From positions 672,001 through 736,000 of the forward strand of contig CAXXUA010000005.1 of the NCBI GenBank assembly GCA_963663765.2: a stretch of DNA of 64,000 bases. Direction: 5' to 3'. The notes below the pieces were generated by a model, which ran no database searches, was not told the DNA's origin, and was given only the letters and a program-made list of their open reading frames with translations. This stretch comes from Candidatus Poribacteria bacterium. GTDB taxonomy: Bacteria; Poribacteria; WGA-4E; WGA-3G. The first letter of the stretch is position 1, and each line of letters begins with the position of its first letter. The position numbers and the translations under genes are program-made. Positions 1 to 10,722 of this stretch are shown here, in pieces.

Positions 1-594
1 CATGCCGAGTACGCATCCAAAAAGGATTAGCAGCAACACCCCTAATTGCATGGGACCGTTCTCAGGTCGTGCAGGTAATAAGGGGAAATAGAAGAACAGG
101 TCCAGTCCATAATTCTTCAAACCTAATGCAACAGCACCCAATGTGCCAATTAGCGCTCCAATCAACGCACCAGCAAATCCTTGAAAACCCGACTCAAGCA
201 GAAACAGACGCACAACAAACCCATCAAGCGCACCAAGGCATTTCATCGTCCCAATTTCACGAAATCTTTCAGTTACTGCCATTAACATTGAATTCGCAAT
301 TCCTACAACGCAGACGATTAAGGACATGATAATCAACCAAATATCTTTCGTTGATATTCCTTGTTCAGATGTTTCGTCTATATTCGTGATGTCTGTACTC
401 CTACCACTTTCCTGCAGTGCAAATTCAATCTCGTTATTAGCCCAGACAGAAACAAGAAATGCTATACCAAGTGTTATACCAGCTGTTGTGATAATAGACC
501 TACCGAAACGTATTTTAAGGCTTTGGAAACTGATCCTTAGCGATTCTAAAAATGGAAGGTCAATTTGTTCCTCAATGGGTGCTTTCTGGTTCAA
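1..594 (-). CDS. FtsX/MacB-like ABC transporter permease, runs off the window edge (not in ORF track)
   Basis: Manual translation from TTG at 594 after a GGAG RBS: ...RISFQSLKIRFGRSIITTAGITLGIAFLV...GIANSMLMAVTERFREIGTMKCLGALDGFVVRLFLLESG, the FtsX-domain motif. Frame stays open to position 1. Confidence 0.85.
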   Translation of the reverse strand, partial: MNQKAPIEEQIDLPFLESLRISFQSLKIRFGRSIITTAGITLGIAFLVSVWANNEIEFALQESGRSTDITNIDETSEQGISTKDIWLIIMSLIVCVVGIANSMLMAVTERFREIGTMKCLGALDGFVVRLFLLESGFQGFAGALIGALIGTLGAVALGLKNYGLDLFFYFPLLPARPENGPMQLGVLLLILFGCVLGM

Positions 595-676
595 GATATT
601 GTCTCCATAATAATAATTGTTTGTTGTAGTATTTTATCATGAATTCAAGAATAGGTCAAGAGGGTAGGATTATTAG

Positions 677-1036
677 CAGGGATATTCAGTTTTCAATATT
701 TTTGATGATATTTTGCTATGACGTTAATTTTGTATGTTGCCATCTTGTCCGTGTCTTTAGTCCCGTAGGGACGATATGTTTATAGATAAATGTTATCTAA
801 CTCTCTTGAGTTCAGTAGGAACGGCATAGAAGAATAAACAAATCGTCCCTACGGGACTAAAGAGCTGGGGAGGGTATTCGTTTTCTATAAACATATCGTC
901 CCTACGGGACTAAAGAGCGATGTTCATGTTTCAATAATCTAAAATTGATGTATAAGGTGCAGTTAGGAAAACTCATTTGGGTATTAACTTTCAGTAAATC
1001 TCAATAACAGAAAACTCCTAAAACTGAACAACCCTG
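677..1036. mobile_element. ISAs1-type MITE carrying REP hairpins
   Basis: Ends CAGGGATATTCAGTTTT / AAAACTGAACAACCCTG match the TIRs of the ISAs1 at 29841-31155. Internal GTCCCGTAGGGAC repeats. Relatives at 11056 and 56453. Confidence 0.75.
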
Positions 1037-1046
1037 ATTATTTAGG

Positions 1047-1321
1047 GGTGTGTAAAGTTTTTGCACAGAGGTACTAACTTTTGTTCTCTTTAGTCCCGTA
1101 GGGACGCAATGTTTATAGAAAGACGTTATCACATCCCCTCTCTTTAGTTCCGTAGGAACGACATAGAAGGATAAACATATCGTCCCTACGAATACACAAC
1201 TTGAACGTCAAAACTCATTAGGACTCTGTGTCCGCAATCTCTCATTTAATCAGTTGCGGCGGGGCGCAGAGACCTGCCCTACAATGGAGAGTGGGATGTT
1301 TTTGCAAAAACTTTACACACC
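1047..1321. mobile_element. MITE with 19-bp perfect TIR and REP cargo
   Basis: GGTGTGTAAAGTTTTTGCA ... TGCAAAAACTTTACACACC; internal GTAG-type REPs. Confidence 0.65.
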
Positions 1322-1746
1322 AGATTTTTAACAGTGATATTCAGTTTTCAATATTTTTGACAATATTTTATCACATTCGTTAACCCTTGAGTTAGCTTAT
1401 TTTACCGAAGCTAACTCAATCTTTATCTGAACCAGGATTTTCATGATTATAGGATTACCAAGATAAGAGTTTGAGTTATCAGACGTTCTTGTTATTGCTA
1501 GACTTGTCTAAGATTGCGCATACACATAGAGTTCATTCATTAAAAAAATCTTTGATAAGCGAAATCCTTGTTCAGACAAAAAAATATATACATCAAAATA
1601 AGCAAATAGGATTACTAACGTATGTGATAAAATCTATCCGAAAATCTTAAAACAAAATAATCCTGAAGAATTATATTGACTATTAATCTGTTGTACTCTA
1701 ATTTGGTATAATACGATATTTGTTCAACTGTCTATGGAGAAGTGAC

Positions 1747-3048
1747 ATGCGATTAATTGAAGGATTACTTGTTGGTATATCTGCAATTCGTTCAAACAAG
1801 ATGCGTTCTTTGCTGACGATGCTTGGGATCATCATAGGGGTTGCTTCAGTACTCGCAATGATATCCATTGGTGATGGCGCAAAAGAGATAGTCCTGCGCG
1901 ATGCACAAAAACTTGGGGGGGCAAACCAGTTCACTATCTACCGAACTTGGCATAAACAAGTGGGAACACGATGGGTAAGAGTCCGTAGTAATGAATATTT
2001 GGACTACGATGACGTTAAAGCAATTGAAGCTGAATGTCCAACAGTCAGAGCAGTAACCCCAAGGATACCTGAATGGAGAGGAGCATTAGTCCAAGCCGCT
2101 GGTGGTGCAGAAGCACGCGCAGGATATAACGGTGTTGACGCTACATACAATACTGCTATGGATTGGGAAACCCAGGAAGGAAGATTTATTACCGACGAAG
2201 ATGTCGAAAACGCAACAACAGTCTGTGTACTCGGGGCTGAGTTAGCAGTTGATCTGTTTGGTGAAAAATCACCGCTCGGACAAGAAATAAAAATCGCAAG
2301 AGGCGATGGACGCTATGACCGTTGGGGACGTAAGGATAACTCACGAACTACAGAACGCTTTACTGTGGTTGGCACAATGACTCCACGAGGAAGGAGTCTG
2401 CGCTTCGGTTGGAGCTACGACGGACTTGTCTTTATGCCCGTCACTACAACTCAAGAACGTTTTACAGGGGATGATAGAATTCAAGATGTTGTCGTTTATG
2501 CCAATACAGTTGAAGATGTACCAAAAGCAATCAATGAGGTGAAAGCAGTCATCCGAAAACGACACAAAAACCAAGATGATTTCATCAGAGTATTTGATAT
2601 GCGGGAAGGAATGGCACAACTGGAGAAAATCAGCAAAATGATTAAGATCGCATTGGGCAGTATCGCTGGATTTTCACTACTTGTTGGCGGTATCGGTATA
2701 ATGAATATGATGCTTGTTGCAGTAACTGAACGCACACGTGAAATTGGACTTCGCAAAGCTCTCGGCGCAACTCGGTTGGACATTCTAATCCAATTTCTAA
2801 TGGAATCCATTGCAATGTGTGGTTTAGGAGGATTGATTGGTATAGGATTAGGGGTCTTTGCGGGGCAAGGAATGTCAGTACTCGCAGTTAAAATCGCAAA
2901 GATTGTACCTGAATGGCCATCCATTGTTTCAACAAATTGGGTCGTGTTCTCTATCTCATTTTCTGCGTTAATTGGCATCTCGTTTGGATTATATCCAGCA
3001 ATAAAAGCATCATCTCTATCACCGATTGAAGCATTACGTACAGAATAA
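1747..3048 (+). CDS. MacB-family ABC transporter permease
   Basis: RSLLTMLGIIIGVASV and GGIGIMNMMLVAVTERTREIGLRKALGA motifs. ATG 1747 follows GGAG; extended -10 TGGTATAAT at 1704-1712. Confidence 0.92.
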   Translation: MRLIEGLLVGISAIRSNKMRSLLTMLGIIIGVASVLAMISIGDGAKEIVLRDAQKLGGANQFTIYRTWHKQVGTRWVRVRSNEYLDYDDVKAIEAECPTVRAVTPRIPEWRGALVQAAGGAEARAGYNGVDATYNTAMDWETQEGRFITDEDVENATTVCVLGAELAVDLFGEKSPLGQEIKIARGDGRYDRWGRKDNSRTTERFTVVGTMTPRGRSLRFGWSYDGLVFMPVTTTQERFTGDDRIQDVVVYANTVEDVPKAINEVKAVIRKRHKNQDDFIRVFDMREGMAQLEKISKMIKIALGSIAGFSLLVGGIGIMNMMLVAVTERTREIGLRKALGATRLDILIQFLMESIAMCGLGGLIGIGLGVFAGQGMSVLAVKIAKIVPEWPSIVSTNWVVFSISFSALIGISFGLYPAIKASSLSPIEALRTE

Positions 3049-3085
3049 AAAACTTCTTGAATTATATACTTTGTGAATTATAACA

Positions 3086-3778
3086 ATGGAGAACTATATG
3101 CAACGATTGGATATTCTACATCCATCTATTGATGATTATTTGCTTGACATAATCCCAGAACGCGATGAAGTACTTACGGAGATGGAAGCACACGCACACA
3201 CAAACCGTTTTCCAATAGTAGGACCCCTCGTCGGACGTGTGCTACACCAATTGATACTCCTGACAAATCCGACACGAATATTTGAGATGGGATCCGGTTT
3301 CGGGTATTCAGCCTATTGGATGGCAAAGGCATTGCGTAAACCTAATGCACGTATCATCTGTACTGACGGTTCACAAGAGAATGCCACCCGTGCTGTAGCC
3401 TATCTTGAGCGCGGTGGTATCGCTGAACGTATTGACTACCATGTCGGAAATGCACTTGAAATCATTGATGAAACTGAAGGTGAATTTGACATCATATACA
3501 ATGACATTGATAAAGAAGGTTATCCAGAAGCATTCCATAAAGCAATTCCACGAATCAGGAAAGGTGGTTTGTTTATCACTGATAACATGATCTGGGGTGG
3601 TAGAGTGGTGACGCAAGAACCGGGAAGTAGTACAGAAGGACTCACCGAGCGGGAAAAGTGGTTTCATGAAGCCACCGATGGTGTCAGAGAACTCACACGT
3701 TTACTCTACAATTCCCCCGAAGTATTCACCACTATAATTCCTTTGCGGGATGGGGTTTCAGTTGCAGTGAAAAAGTAA
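3086..3778 (+). CDS. SAM-dependent O-methyltransferase (CCoAOMT/COMT-like)
   Basis: IFEMGSGFGYS SAM motif, FDIIYNDIDKEGY, GGLFITDN. Confidence 0.88.
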   Translation: MENYMQRLDILHPSIDDYLLDIIPERDEVLTEMEAHAHTNRFPIVGPLVGRVLHQLILLTNPTRIFEMGSGFGYSAYWMAKALRKPNARIICTDGSQENATRAVAYLERGGIAERIDYHVGNALEIIDETEGEFDIIYNDIDKEGYPEAFHKAIPRIRKGGLFITDNMIWGGRVVTQEPGSSTEGLTEREKWFHEATDGVRELTRLLYNSPEVFTTIIPLRDGVSVAVKK

Positions 3779-3797
3779 TTTTGGAGGTTTGTGCTAA

Positions 3798-4052
3798 ATG
3801 GCTACGATGAAATGCCCCAGATGCGGATCTGAAAAAATCATGCCTAACTTATGGATTCGAGATCGATTTGAAGCATATCAGGGTGAAGACTTAGAAGTTG
3901 TGGTGGAAAGTAAACCAGATGCTCTTTTCTTCAAGGGAACACATAGAGAACCTTTGAGAGCAACGGTCTGTGGTGAATGCGGAAATGTTGGTCTTTCAGT
4001 GAATAATCCAGGAGCATTATGGGAAGTCTTTTCCCAAACAAAGAAAGGTTGA
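3798..4052 (+). CDS. small zinc-ribbon hypothetical protein
   Basis: CPRC...CGECG pairs; GGAGG RBS. Confidence 0.7.
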   Translation: MATMKCPRCGSEKIMPNLWIRDRFEAYQGEDLEVVVESKPDALFFKGTHREPLRATVCGECGNVGLSVNNPGALWEVFSQTKKG

Positions 4053-4070
4053 TAAGGACTGATATATATA

Positions 4071-4175
4071 CCAATATTATCGCAAGTACATCATGACCAT
4101 TTTGATGGATATTTCTACATGGTTGTTAAAAATACAGTTTCAATTGAATTATGTGATGCAGTCGTGGATGCCATA
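4071..4175 (+). pseudogene. decayed N-terminal fragment of a PhyH-like dioxygenase
   Basis: Translates PILSQVHHDHFDGYFYMVVKNTVSIELCDAVVDAI, resembling PhyH N-termini; start codon lost. Confidence 0.4.
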
Positions 4176-4340
4176 AGGCATATATACCTTAGATTAATTT
4201 ATTTGGTGAGTCCACACACACAAACCCCATCCTGCGCGACTTCTGCATTTCCGCAATAGAATCCCAATAGATTATACATGATATCTATTGTTCTCAAAAC
4301 AATAAACACAATAAACACACACAGCCATAAGGTATAATAT

Positions 4341-4500
4341 AATACCAATTCAAATAAATCTTGTCTCATTAAGGAATTCTACTGTTTACTGGCAGGGGGT
4401 TACTCTCTTCGGTAGGAGCGACCTCACGGTCGCGACCGGGAGGTCGCTCCTACCAGATTTCCGCTGCTAATGAGACATTATCACATGAAAATGGTGTTAT
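4341..4500. repeat. MITE-like element with REP doublet
   Basis: Imperfect TIRs around GTAGGAGCGACC...GGTCGCTCCTAC; the right part recurs inverted at about 10850-10920. Confidence 0.5.
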
Positions 4501-4587
4501 TAATATGAGTATCTTTCATTGACTTGACAAACAAACTCCTGCAATGTTAAACTTTAACGAATTAGTTTTAAAAAGAAGGCAAAAAAC

Positions 4588-5163
4588 ATGAAAAGACAAA
4601 ACCAATTTCAACAGAAGTCTTCACAACTTCAATTAATATACACTACTAAATGTTTTGTAACAATAGTTTCCATAATAATCTGTCTTACTATTATATCTTG
4701 TGGTAATTCTTATGAACTTGTTGGTAGTGATGAAGAAGTAAGAGTAAAAAATGAACTTGTAGATAGGTCATTTAGACAATTTGCACCCTCAGTAGGTGCA
4801 ACCAAACGTAAAGGCGTTATCATTGATTTCTTTGATTTTGAGGAGCAGACAATCAGTCTGTGGGCACAGTATTCTGAAGGTGATTATGCCAGAAATGAGT
4901 GGGAAGTATTTGCATCGGAATTTCGTGTTGAAAAAGGCGGATCGGAATATAGATTGTTTTTTAAAAACCCACAGTCAAAGCAGGTACTACCAAACAAATG
5001 TGATAATTGCATTGAATTAGAGGGTATTTCTATATCCATACGAAACTTATTTGATAAGGACGAAATTGAATTCAAAATAAATGATGAAGATGGCATCCTG
5101 ACTACTCCGTTTCCGGTCTTCAACTCTTGGACACGGTTTAGTGAAGATGAGTATTTTGAGTAA
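4588..5163 (+). CDS. hypothetical lipoprotein
   Basis: Hydrophobic stretch then lipobox-like IISC; TTGACA upstream. Confidence 0.65.
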   Translation: MKRQNQFQQKSSQLQLIYTTKCFVTIVSIIICLTIISCGNSYELVGSDEEVRVKNELVDRSFRQFAPSVGATKRKGVIIDFFDFEEQTISLWAQYSEGDYARNEWEVFASEFRVEKGGSEYRLFFKNPQSKQVLPNKCDNCIELEGISISIRNLFDKDEIEFKINDEDGILTTPFPVFNSWTRFSEDEYFE

Positions 5164-5183
5164 ATTGTCAATAATCGGAATAC

Positions 5184-5322
5184 TCTTGTAGGAGGGGTTT
5201 TCAACCCCGATTTGAGAGGAAAAGCGTATAAAATCCAAATCAACGCCAGAAGCGCTTTAGGCTTCTGGCGGGGTTGAAAACCCCTCCCACAAGAGGTCAA
5301 AATCCTTAAATTGACGCTTATG
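5184..5322. repeat. REP doublet / partial MITE
   Basis: GTAGGAGGGGTTTTCAACCCCG ... CGGGGTTGAAAACCCCTCCCAC ending in CTTAAATTGACGCTTATG; same family as 42985-43127. Confidence 0.6.
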
Positions 5323-5435
5323 GAGCGGCATCCGCACCTACTAGTGACAATTAACATAATATTTCTAGCAAAATGAAGTTCATATATTTAATTTCAAACT
5401 CACGTTAAAAGGCAGTTCAAAGTAAGGAGTGAATT

Positions 5436-6218
5436 ATGCTTACGCAAGAACAAGTAGATTTTTACAATGAGAACGGTTATTTGAAGGTAGACGAACTTTT
5501 CACACCTGAGGAGACCGATGAACTTGCATCTGAAATGGTAAGTATCATCAATAACTGGGGTCAAGAAACTATCGGCTGGCCCGGCCCGTGGCGAACAAAA
5601 TATCTCAAAGAAGAAGACCAACAGACGACAAAAGCTGTATTTATGCATAACCCCCATTTTTATTCAGCTGCTTGGGGTAGAGTGATTTTTCACCAGCGTT
5701 TGACTGGTGCAGTCCAATCATTGATTGGCAATTCTATTCAGTGGCATCACACAGTGTTACATGCAAAACCGCCAGAGAAAGGCACACCGTTTCCTATGCA
5801 TCAAGATTATCCATTTTATCCACATGATGGACTTGATTTTGTGGATTGCCTCGTACACCTTGATGATGCCCCTTTTGAGAGTGGAGCACTTCGGGTAGTA
5901 CCAGGAAGTCATAAAGAGGGACCCCGAGAACACATTACTGGACAAGGAACAGCTCCGCATCTGCCTACTGACAAATTCCATCCAGATTTCATTGACTCAA
6001 TCCCGGTCCCAGCAAATGCAGGTGATGTCATCTTCTTCAGTTATTGTCTTATCCATTGGTCCGAGGTCAATCGGACAGATAAGTGGAGAAAAGCTGTCCG
6101 TTTCGGTTACCACACACCAGAGATGAGGCCGGTCGGTCGTGAACCAAATGAACCTTACAATAACATAATTGCTGGTGGTTTTAGAGTCAATCCCTCGGCT
6201 GGAGAAATCATGGCGTAA
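5436..6218 (+). CDS. phytanoyl-CoA dioxygenase (PhyH) family protein
   Basis: FYNENGYL, HQD iron motif, GALRVVPGSHK, AGDVIFF...H. Confidence 0.92.
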   Translation: MLTQEQVDFYNENGYLKVDELFTPEETDELASEMVSIINNWGQETIGWPGPWRTKYLKEEDQQTTKAVFMHNPHFYSAAWGRVIFHQRLTGAVQSLIGNSIQWHHTVLHAKPPEKGTPFPMHQDYPFYPHDGLDFVDCLVHLDDAPFESGALRVVPGSHKEGPREHITGQGTAPHLPTDKFHPDFIDSIPVPANAGDVIFFSYCLIHWSEVNRTDKWRKAVRFGYHTPEMRPVGREPNEPYNNIIAGGFRVNPSAGEIMA

Positions 6219-6347
6219 CATATCTATTTTATTGAACGTTTGATATTATGTCATTTCAAACAATGCACTCGCGAATACTCCAACACAAGTATGTCGTGAT
6301 GACAAGGATGGATTTAACCTTGATTTCGTGTAGATGTAATAAGAATA

Positions 6348-7275
6348 ATGAAAAAATTTCAATGTTTTTTTGCAGTTGTCTTAATTGGCTGGACAATTTC
6401 TTTCATGGGTTGTCAGAAGGCAAGTCATATTTTAGAACCAGTCTCGACTGAAGAAGAAACATCAGTCAAATTTCCTGATGTCAATTTAGCTAATGAAGTT
6501 CGTAAGGCACTAGACTTACCTAAAGGTGCTGATATTACCAAATCAAAATTGGGCAACATTAACAATTTTACAAATATTAACACAAAATAAGCCAACTGAG
6601 GCAGAACAGATATATGACCTCACAGGTTTAGAACATGCAACCCAGCTTAATTCTCTAAGAATTAGAAATAATAAAATCAATGATGTCAGTCTACTTTCAC
6701 ACTTGAAACAACTGGATTATTTAGAACTCAGTGGTATTGAAATCAGCGACATCAGTCTAATTTCAGAACTGACACAACTTAGATATTTATATCTCAGGGA
6801 TAATAGAATTAGTGACATCAGTCTAATTTCACACATGACACAATTGATAGATTTAGCATTAGACAACAATGAAATCAGTGATATTAGTTCACTCGCGGAA
6901 TTAGCACAACTTAAAAATCTTTATCTCTCAGGTAATGAAATCAGTGATTTTCGTCCAATTGCCGGATTAATCAATCTGGTTGAATTGAATTTACTAACAA
7001 CAAAATTTGAAGACACTCGCGTACTTAATCACTTGACACACTTGACACATTTAAATCTCGGCGGGAATCAAATCAATGACATCAGTCCAATAACAGGATT
7101 AACACAACTAACAGTTTTATACCTCAATAAAAATGAAATTAGTGACATCAGTCCGATAACAGGATTGGTAAATCTTAGGTTTTTATTTTTTGAGGGAAAT
7201 CCGATAACTGATAAGACACCACTTCACACATTACTTGAGAAGAATCCAAATGTAGATATTGATATCAACGATTAA
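6348..7275 (+). CDS. internalin-like leucine-rich-repeat lipoprotein, frameshifted near 6552
   Basis: Lipobox FMGC and FPDVNLANEVRKAL cap (ORF 6348-6590) join 22-aa LRRs (ORF 6526-7275) if one G is removed from TTGGGCA. Confidence 0.8.
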
Positions 7276-7314
7276 CACCTTTCTAAGAATAAATTAAGGT
7301 GAAATGGAGGAATA

Positions 7315-8679
7315 ATGTTTGACACAATAAAAAGCAGGCAAAGTGATAGGGGGAACTTACGTTTCTTCTCAATACACATTTTATTTTTTTTCCATATAGG
7401 GTTGTGCTTTACTTTTATTATTAGCACGTATGCTCAAGAACCTACTCTTATTAGCGAACCTTCACTTGCAGAAAAGGTATTTGACAAGTATGAAACATTC
7501 CTCCTAAGAGAAGACATCCTTGAATTATTACCCGTTGTCCTTGAAGAGATCAAAAAACCGGCAAATCAAAACTTACTTACATCAGACAATATTGATCTGA
7601 TACTTGATGACCCCGATTTATTGAAGACCATTGTCCCAGATATAGATGACAAATTTATTACACTCTTGAAGGAAGATGCTGATGTACAAGCCTTTCTTAG
7701 AGATGCAGATGTAAAAGCGTTGTTTCAAGATATAGCTGCTATTGAGGAACTCGCTGCGATGCTTGCTGAAAACCAACCGTCACTTGCAGAACGTGTTTTT
7801 GCCAAATATAAAGGTTTTTTTGAAAGAGAGGATATCAGCGAATTACTACCAGAAGTTCTCATACAGTTGAGGACTCCAGAGATACAACAACTATTAATAC
7901 CTGAAACAATTGCAATTGTCGTGGATAAACCTGATCTGTTGAAGACTTTTGTTCCAGAAATTGACGATGAATTCATTACACTCCTTAAGGAGGATGCAGA
8001 AGTCATTGCTGTGATCAATGACCCAGATGTTCAGTTAATACTACAAGATATACAAGCAATTGAAGAACTTGCAGTACTATTAGAACTTAGTTCCATGCAA
8101 ATTGTGTTAGTTAAGGTTTTGCCTGCTTCTGTGGTATCACCAGAAGTTGGTGAACACCTTATGATTACTATAGACATTGCTGATGGTGAGGATATTGCAG
8201 GATATCAAGGTACGTTGAATTTTGACCCGACTGCTCTTCGTTTTGTTTCCTTGACCCACGGTACTATTCTGACAGGTCAAGTGCAACCTATTGCTACTAT
8301 TGTGGAGGAAAATCAATTAACTTTTGCTCAGATAAGTATTGACACACCATCAGAAACAGGAGAAGGAACACTTGTTACAATTACGTTTGAGGTAGTTAAA
8401 CCTGATGCTTCAACCCTAATTTTATCTGACGTGATAATATCCCTTTTCGGTGCTGTTCCCTTGCAAGTATCCATTGAAAATGCGCAAATACTTGCACCGC
8501 CCCGACCTTGGGATGTGAATGATGATAACAGAGTTAATATCTTGGATTTAACTTATGTTGCATCGTATTTTGGTGACGCAAACGCTCCATCCAACGCAGA
8601 TGTCAATGGGGATGGTAATATCAACATATTGGATTTGACACTGGTTGCAAGCCATTTTGGTGAGACTTATAGGAATTAA
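7315..8679 (+). CDS. secreted cohesin-dockerin domain protein with duplicated N-terminal helical domain
   Basis: Two ~118-aa PSLAE(K/R)VF...IEELA repeats, cohesin-like IAGYQGTLNFDPTAL, dockerin DVNDDNRVNILDL...DVNGDGNINILDL. Confidence 0.8.
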   Translation: MFDTIKSRQSDRGNLRFFSIHILFFFHIGLCFTFIISTYAQEPTLISEPSLAEKVFDKYETFLLREDILELLPVVLEEIKKPANQNLLTSDNIDLILDDPDLLKTIVPDIDDKFITLLKEDADVQAFLRDADVKALFQDIAAIEELAAMLAENQPSLAERVFAKYKGFFEREDISELLPEVLIQLRTPEIQQLLIPETIAIVVDKPDLLKTFVPEIDDEFITLLKEDAEVIAVINDPDVQLILQDIQAIEELAVLLELSSMQIVLVKVLPASVVSPEVGEHLMITIDIADGEDIAGYQGTLNFDPTALRFVSLTHGTILTGQVQPIATIVEENQLTFAQISIDTPSETGEGTLVTITFEVVKPDASTLILSDVIISLFGAVPLQVSIENAQILAPPRPWDVNDDNRVNILDLTYVASYFGDANAPSNADVNGDGNINILDLTLVASHFGETYRN

Positions 8680-8709
8680 GTTAAGGGGTGAAAAAGTGAT
8701 TGAAACACG

Positions 8710-8748
8710 ATAACATTTGAGCAGAAATATATCCTGCTCAAATGTTAT
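8710..8748. terminator. hairpin between convergent genes (putative bidirectional terminator)
   Basis: ATAACATTTGAGCAG-aaatatatc-CTGCTCAAATGTTAT, 15-bp stem. Confidence 0.6.
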
Positions 8749-8761
8749 AGGAGAATAGAAT

Positions 8762-9589
8762 CTAACGTCTTTTGATATTTCCCCAACTCGTAGTCAGTTT
8801 TCCGCCTGGTTTGACAGATAACGTGCCAAAACTGTTCATAGCAAGTTCCATTTCATCAATATCAATTACTCTATCCCACATATAGATTTCAGCGATGATA
8901 GCGTTTAGATATTGACCATCTTCTCGGTGTCCGATAAAAACTGGACGTGTACCAGTTTCACAAGGGATTTTGCCGTTATCAGTTGTTTGTGCCACAGGAC
9001 TCTCGTCAGCGTTTATATACACCTGTGAACCTACACCTAATTTAAATGTACCACATTGATGAAACCAAGTAGTTTGAGGTGCACTTCCTGGACGACTGGT
9101 TTCTGCGACACCTGCACCTGTACAGTCCCAAACTGAGAGACCTGCCCCATTGTCGTCATAGATTAGTAGACCAAATTCCCATGCACTGTGGTATCCTTTT
9201 ATCAATATCGGTTGTCGTGTTTGTCCTTGTGCGTCCGTTGCAGTTGCTAACACTTTCACCCAAGCACAGATAGTAATCCCTTTGTCTTCGTCAACAAGGG
9301 AGTCAATGTCATTCCCTTGGCTTTCCATATCAATTTTCAAATAGGTAGTTTTTCCATCAAATTCCAATGCTTTTGTAATTTTTTCATGCCCAGTATCCAC
9401 CCATTGTGGTGGTTCAGCACTAAATTCCGTTTCAAATTTGTGTGGTCCGTGATCTAAAACTTTTTCACCTTTACCCTCATTCAACGGAAGATACATCCAA
9501 AGTCCATCCTCAATGTCTGCAGCATTTGAACTAACTACAGAATAAGAAAGACAAAGCATTATTAACGTAAACATTTTAAGTTGACGCAT
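8762..9589 (-). CDS. secreted LamG/concanavalin-like protein
   Basis: Signal peptide, LWMYLPLNEGKG, ALEFDG, TICAWVK; C-terminal KLTTSWGNIK. Confidence 0.8.
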   Translation of the reverse strand: MRQLKMFTLIMLCLSYSVVSSNAADIEDGLWMYLPLNEGKGEKVLDHGPHKFETEFSAEPPQWVDTGHEKITKALEFDGKTTYLKIDMESQGNDIDSLVDEDKGITICAWVKVLATATDAQGQTRQPILIKGYHSAWEFGLLIYDDNGAGLSVWDCTGAGVAETSRPGSAPQTTWFHQCGTFKLGVGSQVYINADESPVAQTTDNGKIPCETGTRPVFIGHREDGQYLNAIIAEIYMWDRVIDIDEMELAMNSFGTLSVKPGGKLTTSWGNIKRR

Positions 9590-9659
9590 TTTTAGTCTCC
9601 ATTAAGTAAATATGTATTTATGCTGTAATGCAGAAATGTGAAAGGAACAGTTGAAGGAA

Positions 9660-10652
9660 TTAGGCTTTGTAAAATTCAACTGTTGTACCAGCCATATCAG
9701 CGACTTTCTCTACCAATTTGTTGCGTTCATCCTCGGTCATTCCAGTGAAAGCCTTTGCAATATCAATTTTCTCTTTCAACTGCGCTGCGTTGTCGGGACC
9801 AGTAACAAGCGTACTGACTGGAAATGCCCATACAAATCCAATTGCTTCAGTAATACTGATTCGATTCGGTACAACCCGTGGATTTGGGCCGTGTTTCCCA
9901 TGTCTTGTTCCTCCGAAGAACCCACCATTCGCTAATGATTTCATACCGATCACACCGATGTTTCGCTCAACAAGTGTAGGAACAACACCTTCAATAAAGC
10001 TTTGGTAACTGATGTCTGCAACATTTATAGGTAATTGACATGCGTCAAAGATGTCAGATTTTTCCAAGACACGCAGATGCGCAGATGGACTTGTGTGTCC
10101 TGTAAATCCAATAAAACGTGCTTTTCCAGATTTTTTTGCTTCAGCCATCACATCAAATACGCCATTTAATATCCTTGTGTCAACATCTTCGGGATTCCGA
10201 ATTGCATGTACTTGCCATAAATCCACACGATCTGTATTGAGTCGTTTTAACGACTCTTCAAGATGTTTTCTTGCATTTTTTGCGTCAGTTGCTGTGGTCT
10301 TTGTCATAAGAAATATATCATCACGATATTTTGGTATTAGTAGTTTGCCTAAGCGTTTCTCACTTCCGCCCTTTTGGTAAGAATGTGCGGAATCAAAGAA
10401 ACGTATACCTCCATCCAATGCGGTTTCAATTGTCTTCTGTGCTTCTTTTTCATCCATTTCACCAATATGCCAACCGCCGACTCCTAACATTGTAACATTT
10501 ATACCTGTTTTACCGAACTTACGCATCGGTAAAAGTGTCCCTAATCGATCACTTGAAGGTTTTACTTCCTGACCTGAAGCATTTTTTGATGATAGGAGTA
10601 TACCTGTAGTTAATCCTGCTAAAGTCTTTAAAAATCCTCTTCGATCAATCAT
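9660..10652 (-). CDS. Tat-exported aldo/keto reductase
   Basis: DRRGFLK twin-arginine signal; GIRFFDSAHSY, SLKRLNTDRVDLWQVH. Confidence 0.9.
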   Translation of the reverse strand: MIDRRGFLKTLAGLTTGILLSSKNASGQEVKPSSDRLGTLLPMRKFGKTGINVTMLGVGGWHIGEMDEKEAQKTIETALDGGIRFFDSAHSYQKGGSEKRLGKLLIPKYRDDIFLMTKTTATDAKNARKHLEESLKRLNTDRVDLWQVHAIRNPEDVDTRILNGVFDVMAEAKKSGKARFIGFTGHTSPSAHLRVLEKSDIFDACQLPINVADISYQSFIEGVVPTLVERNIGVIGMKSLANGGFFGGTRHGKHGPNPRVVPNRISITEAIGFVWAFPVSTLVTGPDNAAQLKEKIDIAKAFTGMTEDERNKLVEKVADMAGTTVEFYKA

Positions 10653-10722
10653 ACTATCACCTCCTATCTTTCATAATATAATTACTCTTCATATTTGTCA
10701 AGTATTATTATCCCGTGTAATT

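Noticed and set aside
69-610. Plus-strand ORFs 69-329 and 326-610
   Set aside because: Shadows of the minus-strand FtsX-like permease.
6540-6560. Programmed frameshift or phase variation in the LRR gene
   Set aside because: One extra base in a short G run. Similar homopolymer indels at ~19358, ~19697 and ~28245 point to sequencing error or decay; raw reads are needed to decide.
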